From assembly GCF_963506605.1 (NCBI RefSeq), contig NC_083288.1:46500001-46564000 (forward strand): a DNA stretch of 64,000 bases. Direction: 5' to 3'. Of this stretch, positions 12,022 through 21,611 are shown piece after piece. The notes under the pieces are model-generated. The model was not told the DNA's origin. It did no database searches and saw only the letters and a list, made by a program, of their open reading frames with translations. A program made the translations under genes and the position numbers. Source of the stretch: Zootoca vivipara (lineage: Eukaryota). Within the stretch, counting starts at the first letter, position 1. Each line of letters starts with the position of its first letter.

Positions 12022-12239
12022 TTTGGAATCTCAAATAATTCTTAAGATGGGGGTTCCGTGAAGGAGGGTTCAGCAACATAATAAATTACAGGATGTGTGA
12101 AGCCATACCACCAATGAGAAAGTCACCTGGTTGATACCACTTAATGTGGAACAGTTATGGGATCATTTGTGGGGCAATTACTGGAATCTACTTCACACAC
12201 ATTGGGAGACACGAGAAACACCATAATTAGGTACATCAT
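12022..12239 (-). pseudogene. Orphan V2R exon 1 (frameshifted)
   Basis: Translates MMYLIMVFLVSPNVCEVDSSNCPTNDPITVPH-[frameshift]-KWYQPGDFLIGGMASHIL*; donor GTTAG at 12021; not in the ORF track. Confidence 0.85.
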
Positions 12240-12889
12240 CCTGGCAATAAAACAAATTGCACTGCATTCATCAAAAACATCCGCTTAGTTTAGTTTAGAG
12301 GAAACATGGGTTTCATAGCCTGCACACTATTTAAAGTGAAACATCTCGTCTTTTCTTTAGCATCAACAGTTACAAAGAAATGTCTGCCTTGAGTATTAGC
12401 TGACTTTTCTAGCACGCTTCTTTAGTGTCTGTCTGATAACATGAGTAAAAGGGAGCTGCCAGACATGAAACTGTCAGAGCTCAACCTGCATCTTGCCGAA
12501 GTCCCAGGTGGCACTACATCAGTGGTGTTTTTTATTCCCTTCCAGGCTTGGTTATTTCTTTCTTTTCTTTTCTGCAGTCTAGCATGAAACCTCTGGAGAT
12601 TTCCCCTGATGGCAATCATAGTGATCTGAATAAATGCAGGAAACAATAATGATTTCTTCAGAGTTTGGGGCACTGAATGATTGGTACTTTGGGCAGTAAT
12701 CATGTTTCGTTGCAAAGAAGAAGAAAAAGACTTCCTCATTTGTTTCTTCATGTTTTTAAAGAATTGTGCTTTTTATAGTTTTAACAGTTACCTATTTCCT
12801 TTGCAGTAAGCTGTCCTGTGGCTTGTGGGGGAGAAGGCATAAAATTAATCGGAATAAATATTGTTTGAACACTCCTGTTGTGTAGAGCA

Positions 12890-14381
12890 GGGAGAGGTGA
12901 TTTCAGAACCACTGGCAATAATCTTTGAAAATTCCTGGAGAACAGGAGAAGTTCCAGCAGACTGGAGGAGGGCAAATGTTGTCCCTATTTTCAAAAAGGG
13001 GAAAAGAGAGGACCCAAACAATTACCGCCCAGTCAGCCTGACATCAATACCAGGAAAGATTCTAGAGCAAATCATTAAGCAAACAGTCTGTGAGCACCTA
13101 GAAAGAAACTCTGTGATCACTAAAAGTCAGCATGGGTTCCTGAAAAATAAGTCATGTCAGACTAATCTGATCTCATTTTTTGACAGAATTACAAGCCTGG
13201 TAGATGAAGGGAACACTGTGGATGTAGCCTATCTTGATTTCAGCAAGGCCTTTGACAAGGTGCCCCATGATATTCTTGTAAAGAAGCTGGTAAAATGTGG
13301 GCTAGACAATGCTACCATTCAGTGGATTTGTAACTGGCTTACTGACCGAACCCAAAGGGTGCTCATCAATGGCTCCTCCTCATCCTGGAGAGTAGTGACT
13401 AGTGGGGTGCCACAGGGTTCTGTCTTGGGCCCAGTCTTGTTCAACATCTTTATCAATGACTTGGATGATGGGCTTGAGGGCATCCTGAGCAAGTTTGCAG
13501 ATGACACCAAATTGGGAGGGGTGGCTAACACCCCAGAGGACAGGATCACACTTCAGAATGACCTTAACAGATTAGACAACTGGGCCAAAGCAAACAAGAT
13601 GAATTTTAACAAGGAGAAATGTAAAGTACTACACTTGGGCAAAAAAAATGAAAGGCACAAATTCAGGATGGGAGACACCTGGCTTGAGAGCAGTACATGT
13701 GAAAAGGATCTAGGAGTCTTGGTAGACCACAAACTTGACATGAGTCAGCAGTGTGATGCAGCAGCTAAAAAAGCCAATGCAATTCTGGGCTGCATCAATA
13801 GGAGTATATCATCTAGATCAAGGGAAGTAATAGTACCACTGTATTCTGCTCTGGTCAGACCTCACCTGGAGTACTGTGTCCAGTTCTGGGCACCACAGTT
13901 CAAGAAGGATACTGATAAGCTGGAACGTGTCCAGAAGAGGGCAACCAAAATGGTCAAAGGCCTGGAAATGATGCCTTATGAGGAACGGCTTAGGGAGCTG
14001 GGTATGTTTAGCCTGGAGAAGAGAAGGTTAAGGGGTGATATGATAACCATGTTCAAATATATAAAAGGATGTCATAATGAGGAGGGAGAAAGGTTGTTTT
14101 CTGCTGCTCCAGAGAAGCGGACACGGAGCAACGGATTCAAACTACAAGAAAGAAAATTCCACCTAAACATTAGGAAGAACTTCCTGACAGTAAGAGCTGT
14201 TCGACAGTGGAATTTGCTGCCAAGGAGTGTGGTGGAGTCTCCTTCTTTGGAGGTCTTTAAGCAGAGGCTTGACAGCCATCTGTCAGGAATGCTTTGATGG
14301 TGTTTCCTGCTTGGCAGGGGGTTGGACTGGATGGCCCTTGTGGTCTCTTCCAACTCTATGATTCTATGATTCTATGATTCT
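12890..14381 (+). mobile_element. CR1 LINE, 5'-truncated, uninterrupted RT reading frame
   Basis: ORF 12861-14297 with [24 protein letters not shown]; (ATTCTATG)n 3' tail. Confidence 0.95.
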
Positions 14382-14405
14382 AAGTCTGCCTTCTGTACAA
14401 AAAGG
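14382..14405 (+). pseudogene. Remnant of a third VH unit: 3' part of RSS spacer plus nonamer
   Basis: aagtctgccttctgtACAAAAAGG directly after the CR1 tail; the following ~1.2 kb (to about 15594) is homologous to the flank downstream of VH2 (17978-19190). Confidence 0.8.
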
Positions 14406-15593
14406 AGAAGTTTCCTTTTTTCTGCTTCTGTTGCAAGTTCTTCCTTCAATGCACAACTCTGTTTTTCATCCAGAAGGCATTCAAAATTACATGTTCATTG
14501 TTATAAAAAAAAATGTGTGTTCCCTGCATTCAATGGATTCACTTCTTCTTCTACCTTCCAAGGGGCAGATGGGGCTCGTCAGCCTGGGAAGGTAGCCCAT
14601 CTAGGAGAAGCCCATCCCCACATGAAATCCTGAATCTCCAGAAAAAAATCAGAAGGAGACAGCGATCTGGACATTAAAATAAAACTGGGCGGACAGGATG
14701 TCTATAAATATTAAAGCACTGCTCCTCTGGCTTATCAAATAAATTTCCGGGGTGATGATGTGGGTGGGGAGAATAAGAGTTCTATGACGGATAATTTCTT
14801 CAACTGGTGTATCTCACTGCTGACTATTTCTGTCTCAAGTAATTTAGATTGCTATGAATCATGCAATTGATGTCAGGAGCAAATAGGCATTGCAGTCTTC
14901 AGTCCAAATATAATTTACAATGCTTAAAGCCACGTGTTTCTGTTTCTTTCTATACATAGATTGTGCGTACTAGGGGGACACATTTTGAGGGGGAAATGGA
15001 ATCAAGTCAGTCTGCTTCATCAAGCAGCTTGTCCAAGCCAAAGAAAACTGCCATATCACTCTGAATTAAATCATGGACCTCCAGTGCAATTAGGAAGGAG
15101 TCAGAGATCTGGACATTAAATAAAACTGTGCAGACATTGTATCTGCAAACATGGAAGCATCGCTCCTCTGGCTTCTCAGACTGGAAATTACCAGGGTGGT
15201 GAGAGGGTGGAAGGAAGAATTCTGCACACTATTTAAAGTGAAACATCTCATCTTTCCTTTAGCACCAGCAGTTACAAAGAAATGTCTGCCTTGAATATTA
15301 GCTGACTTTTCTAGCACGCTTCTTTAGTGTCTGTGTGATAACATGAGTAAAGGGGAGCTGCCAGACTGTCAGAGCTCAACCTGCGTCTTGCCCAAGTCCC
15401 AGATGGCACTACATCAGTGGTGTTTTTAATGCCTTTCCAGGCTTAGTTATTTTTTTCTTTTCTTTTCTGCAGCCTAGCATGAAACCTCTGGAGATTTCCC
15501 CTGGTGACAATTATAGTGATCTGAATAAATGCAGAAGACGATAATGATTTCTTTAGAATTTAGGGCACTGAATGATTGGTACTTTTGGCAGTA

Positions 15594-15951
15594 AAGCAGG
15601 TTCTCCCCTTAAGGAGAGCATGGGTTGCGGAAGGGTTAACAAGGGTTCCTGGTTTGGTGGGCTGGTCAGTTTGGATGGCCACTGAGGGTATTGTTGCTGG
15701 GTAGAATGTTATGTTGCAATTTGTTTGATTGACAGCCACAGCCTATATGTACTGGGCAAGCAGCTTGCGGTTTCACTTTTGGTGCTTGCAACGGATCTCC
15801 CTCCCTATATTTAGGGGTTTGTTTGCACATGACGTTGCTGTGCCTGTCATGGGGTCATCCGTATCGATGCAGGGGCCTAGTAGGAATTTTGCCACTTGGC
15901 TGATTGGCTAGTGACTTGTGGTTTTTGCCTACTACATAGCAAAATGTCACA
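15594..15951 (+). mobile_element. ~0.8-kb unclassified repeat, 5' half (copy 2)
   Basis: gcaggttctccccttaaggagagcatggg start as in the other copies; truncated where the duplicated VH2 unit begins. Confidence 0.7.
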
Positions 15952-16094
15952 AGATATAATATATTTATCCAACCGTACTGTCTTGTGGTTTCAGCTGTGA
16001 GGCTGCTTTCTCATCTGCTTTCTTTACATAGTCACATGTTTTTATTTATATACCACACCTTCCACAGATACAGCTGTGCTCAGTTATAGATATA

Positions 16095-16416
16095 CAGTGG
16101 AACCTCGGTTTATGAACACCTCGGTTTACGAACGCCGCAGACCCATCTGGAACGGATTAATTCATTTTCCATTACTTTCAATCGGAAAGTTCGCTTCAGT
16201 TTATGAACACTTCAGTTTATGAACAGACTTCCGGAATCAATTACACCCATGCTTCGGGTTAAGTACGCTTCAGGTTGAGTACTCCGTGGACCCGTCTGGA
16301 ACGGATTAATCCACTTTCCATTACTTTCAATGGGAAAGTTTGCTTCAGTTTATGAACGCTTCAGTTTATGAACAGACTTCCGGAACCAATTGTGTTCATA
16401 AACTGAGGTACCACTG
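16095..16416. mobile_element. Tc1/mariner-type MITE with internal duplication
   Basis: cagtgg...ccactg termini, TA TSD; absent from the paralogous site at about 9255; related to 27419-27848. Confidence 0.85.
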
Positions 16417-17062
16417 TATGAGAGAGAGAGATAAATAAATACAGACTTATAGGTTTATAGATATATGTCTTGAAAAATGATGCATTATAAATACCAAGCT
16501 GAGTTCTACTCACAGAAGCCCCACTGAAACAAGTGGACCTAACTTATGTTAATTAATTTAATTCGGCCTGCTCTGATTAAAGCTTAGTTTAGTACTACTC
16601 GTGATTAATGCAAGATAACATTAAAAATCTAAAAATTAACAGTTCATTTAACAGACATTTGAATTTAAATAAATAAACACAGGTCAAGTGAAACTACCCA
16701 AGAGCTTCACTTACAAAATTAACCTGAATGCTGATGATATTGGTATGTGCAACCACACCACCACACCACAGTTTTATCTTTCGGTTCAAAATCTCAGACT
16801 GTCCCAATTTAATTAATTTAATTAATTATTCCAGAAGCTATTTCTAGCTTTTCTTATGCAGAAGGAGCTGATGGAGCTTCCCACAATATCTGCTGAGCAG
16901 TCTCAGTGTGAGCTTTAGAAATCAAAATTTAAATCTTTGTGTTTCATTTTGCACTGAATGTGCATTTCATCATTTAAGCACAACAGTCACCTGTGTGGAA
17001 AGTAAGGGCAGAGATATGATTAGGATCCTTCTACAATTGGCTGCAGTCCTTTTTATAACCAA

Positions 17063-17120
17063 ATGCAAAAATGTTATTGAATATGCAAATGTATCAATCC
17101 ATTACAGATTTGTTTAAATA
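17063..17120 (+). promoter_or_regulatory. IgH V promoter of VH2 (octamer ATGCAAAT 17083-17090, TATA-like TTTAAATA)
   Basis: Same arrangement as the VH1 promoter. Confidence 0.85.
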
Positions 17121-17152
17121 CCAAGTTTCCTACTTGGAATTTAGAGAACATC

Positions 17153-17533
17153 ATGGAGACGATGTTGCCCTTAGCCACATTTCTCTTTGTCTTCTCTATC
17201 CTTAAACCTGGTCAGTTGTATTATTTGTACTTGATTGTAGCGGGAAAATGCCATCCTGCAGACTCTTTTTAACGTTTACAGCATTCTTTCCTTTTATATT
17301 TTCAAGTGCTGAGCTAGGATACCTGAGGTATTTTCCTTCTTTTCTATAGTAGTGAGAAGCATGAAAAAGTGCAGTCCCATTTTCAAAATTATCGGATCGC
17401 ATCATTAAAAATGTTTAGCTTTGTTCAGAAAGAGGATTAAGCATTATTTAAAAGTTAAAAATGCAACAGCTTTATTATGTTTTATTAAAGCCACCCAGTG
17501 TGGCTGGGGCATCCCAGTCTGATGGGCAGAGTA

Positions 17534-17569
<36 letters not shown>

Positions 17570-17961
17570 TCATATTTCTTTGTTGTATAATCTTGCAGCA
17601 TGTGTTAAAATTTAATGTGTCCCCCCCCCATTTCTTTCTGCCAGGATCCCCCTCTGAAATTCGACTGTTTGAGTCTGGTGAGGGAATCAGGAAGCCTGGA
17701 GAATCTCTCCGGTTGACCTGTACTGTCTCTGGTTACACCATCACTGCTGGCTATACTTGGCACTGGGTCCGCCAGCCTCCAGGGAAAGGACTGCAATGGA
17801 TAGGAAGGGGATATTTCAGCAGTTCAAGATGGATCACAGAATATGGTTCAGCCTTCCAGAGCAGGATTTCCATCTCTCCTGATTCATCCAAGAATGCATA
17901 TCATCTCCAGCTGAATTCCCTGACAGCTGCAGACACAGCCATGTATTACTGTGCAAGGGAA
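17153..17961 (+). CDS. IGHV: Immunoglobulin heavy-chain variable gene segment VH2 (germline, clan II, IGHV6-like)
   Basis: Leader exon 17153-17210, V exon 17645-17961 (EIRLFESGEGIRKPGESLRLTCTVSG..WHWVRQPPGKGLQWIG..YYCARE); open frame, GT-AG intact. Confidence 0.95.
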
Positions 17962-18001
17962 CACAGTGACACAGAGCAAGTCTGCCATCTGTACAAAAAG
18001 G
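17962..18001 (+). promoter_or_regulatory. Recombination signal sequence of VH2 (24-bp spacer)
   Basis: CACAGTG 17962-17968, spacer 17969-17992, ACAAAAAGG 17993-18001. Confidence 0.9.
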
Positions 18002-19687
18002 AGAACTTTCCTTTTTTCTGCTTCTGTTGCAAGTTCTTCCTTCAATGCACAACTCTGTTTTTCATCCAGAAGGCATTCAAAATTACATGTTCATTGTTAT
18101 ATAAAAAAAAGTGTGTTCCCTGCATTCAGTGAATTCACTTCTTCTTCTACCTTCCAAGGGGTAGATGGGGCTCGTCAGCCTGGGAAGGTAGCCCATCTAG
18201 GAGAAGCCCATCTCCACATGAAATCCTGAATCTCCAGAGAAATTCAGAAGGAGCCAGCGATCTGGACATTAAAATAAAACTGGGCAGGCAGCATGTCTAT
18301 AAATATTAAAGCACTGCTCCTCTGGCTTATCAAATAAATCTCCGGGATGATGATGTGGGTGAAGAGAAGAAGAATTATGTGACTGATAATTTCTTAAACT
18401 GGTGTATCTCACTGCTCACTATTTCTGTCTCAAGTAATTTAGATTGCTATGAATCATGCAATTGATGTCAGGAGCAAATCGGCATTGCAGTCTTCAGTCC
18501 AAATATAATTTACAATGCTTAAAGCCACGTATTTCTGTTTCTTTCTGTACTCAGATTGTGCGTACTAGGAGGACACATTTTGAGGGGAAAATGGGATCTA
18601 ATCAGTCTGCTTCATCAAGCAGCTTGTCCAAGCCAAAGAAAACTACCATATCACTCTGAATGAAATCATGGACCTCCAGCACAATTAGGAAGGAGTCAGA
18701 GATCTGGACATTAAATAAAACTGTGCAGACATTTTATCTGCAAACATGGAAGCATCGTTCCTCTGGCTTCTCATACTGGAAATTACCAGGGTGGTGAGAG
18801 GGTGGAAGGAAGAATTCTGCACACTATTTAAAGTGAAACATCTCATCTTTCCTTTAGCACCAACAGTTACAAAGAAATGTCTGCCTTGAATATTAGCTGA
18901 CTTTTCTAGCACACTTCTTTAGTGTCTGTCTGATAACATGAGTAAAGGGGAGCTGCCAGACTGTCAGAGCTCAACCTGCGTCTTGCCCAAGTCCCAGATG
19001 GCACTACATCAGTGGTGTTTTTTATGCCTTTCCAGGCTTGGTTATTTTTTTCTTTTCTTTTCTGCAGCCTAGCATGAAACCTCTGGAGATTTCCCCTGAT
19101 TGCAATTATAGTGATCTGAATAAATGCAGGAGACAATAATGATTTCTTCAGAGTTTGGGGCACTGAATGATTGGTACGTTTGGCAGTAATCATGTTTCAT
19201 TGCAAAGAAGAAGAAGAAGAAAAGACTTCCTCGTTTGTTTCTTTATGTTTGCCTTGCTTTGAAGAAAGCAGAACCAATTAATATTGAGAGGGAATAATCT
19301 ATATTTGCAATCCTGAGTCCAACAATTTTTTAAAAGATGTAGCTCCTATATTGTATATTATGGCTAAAATGGAGGTGCATAGTCTCTCTTCAATTTTGGC
19401 ACAAAAGAGAGAAACACCTTGCTCAAAGGAAAAAGGCAGCAGTGTGGTGCAACAGGTAGAGCAGCTTGTTCATAGTATAGTTTGGAGCTAAAGCTCACTT
19501 TGATGGCCTTGCACCATCTCTTGTGGGCCCAATGGACAACACAAAATTATTATAAAGATTATAAGGACAGGCTCTATCACAGCCAGCCTATCGGAGAGAC
19601 ATTTTCATGTGCTGACCCTATGTATACTTATTAACCCACAAGTCCCACACAGGTAGATGTGCTTTATTCCTAAGTGGAGATTGTCAT

Positions 19688-20847
19688 TGTTGCGATCACA
19701 CAAGGTCCCCGGACATTTTACGGTCGATTGACCCCTGTGCCACCACTGGTATCCCGCTGCCACCAACCAGGCGCTTCCTGGTAATCACTGAGTCCCGTCA
19801 GAGTTTGAAAGTGAACATAAACTTCAGTTTATTTTGTACAGAGAACAAGCGTATGGTTTCTTAAATGGTGCTCAGACAATATATTAATTTGGTTCATCTA
19901 CTGGCCTATACCTTCCTATAATTCCCTCACTCTTGTTCACAATCCAAATCAACCTCCTCCCAGTTTCCACTTGAAACTCATAGGTTGCTGTTCCTCTCAG
20001 ATGCTAACTGTTTCTGACTCAGATTTGTTTTATCTCACACACTCTAACCAACCCACAGACTTCCTCGTCTCAACTCAACCCCTCAGTTCAACTCCCCAAC
20101 TGAACTCTCAACTGAACTAACCCTGAATCCCCCCCCCCGGCTTGTTTTATAGCCTAACTCTTGTAAGCCAAAAAATGGCTTATCTTCTGCATTAGCCAAT
20201 AAAACTCAGAGACAAGAGGAATTAGGAGTCCATTTTGTTTATTGCAAAGCAATAAGGTTACAGTCGAATCTTTTCGCAAAACTGCAACTCCGCCCAAAGG
20301 TCGGGCAGGAATTTATAACATTTCAGACAAAGGATTTTGATTTAACCAATCACATAGAGCATTACATCATTTAATATTTTAATATTCATCATGATCTCAT
20401 TTCATATTTAATACGTATATCATTACCTAATCTAATACGCATGCGCAATAAGCATTGCTAACTAGGCCAAGGATTGCTAGCTAGGCCTTTGATTCTCAAT
20501 AATACATTACATTGTCAGATAATATGCGTGTTGGGAACCTGTGTTACATGTACCATGTAACAATTTGTGTTCTAGCTTATGAATTATATCTTTGTGATTT
20601 GCGTGTTAGCTGACCTTCTGTTCTGGTAAAAGAACGGCATCTTGCTAAATCATCAGTTTCTTAAAGCAACAGGTTACCATAATTCACTATTATAAGCATA
20701 TTCCAGGATTTATAGGGATTTACATTATCACCTTAATTGGGGTCATTTGGGGCCCTGCTACATAACTGACTCCGCCCCCTGGGTTATTATTGGTTAAACA
20801 ATTAAGTCTTTCACTCTCAGCACTAGCGGCATAGGGCTCACGCCACA
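19688..20847 (-). mobile_element. Solo LTR containing a second nested solo LTR (about 20160-20762)
   Basis: Outer TG...CA with 5-bp TSD GTCAT; inner tgtaag...ctaca flanked by TAACT; reverse-strand AATAAA in each. Confidence 0.65.
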
Positions 20848-20913
20848 GTCATATTTGTCATTTATCTCAGTTTCTACACATTTCCACATCAGTTGAAATG
20901 TGATTATTACATA

Positions 20914-20958
<45 letters not shown>

Positions 20959-21611
20959 CCCCATGGAAATCCATTATTATTTTATTGTGAATTTATCCTA
21001 ATATACGTATTATTGAAAAGTAATTTCCCCTAATATAATGCATGTTTTCATGTTATTTTCACTATTATATGCACTTGGAAGAAGTGCAAATTTTGAAGGA
21101 TGTCTGTTTTTGATCACATACCTCTGGTTACAAACTTAATTTGTTCCGGAGGTCCGTTCTTTACCTGAAACCATTCTTCACCTGTGATACCACTTTAACT
21201 AATGGGGCCTCCTGCTGCCACTGTGCCACTAGGACACAATTTCTGTTCTCATCCTGAGGTAAACTTCTTAACCCAAGGTACTACTTCCAGGTTAGCGGAG
21301 TCTGTAACCCGAGGTGTTTGTAACACAAGGTGTTTGTAACCCAAGGTACCACTGTATTATGCTGGTTCACCTTTAAATGTTAAATAGTTTTTTTTAAAAA
21401 AAACCACACCTCTTTGTAAACCTCTTTGAGGATTATTATTATTATTTACAATTGAGCCACTTATACATTTTATTAAATAAATAATCAATGCAAACTAAAC
21501 TGAAGTCTTCTGCCATTTCTACTCCTATGTACATGTTGCTGGGTCCTTGTCAGCAGTGATACAGCAGGGAGGGTAACACATTGGAGGGTGTTCCACACCA
21601 TCTTTAGATTC

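Larger units (their letters stand above)
15950..18050 (+). repeat. Segmental duplicate of 9131-10887 (VH unit)
   Basis: Near-identical upstream flank, promoter, leader, intron with (AAT)n, V exon and RSS. Confidence 0.95.
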
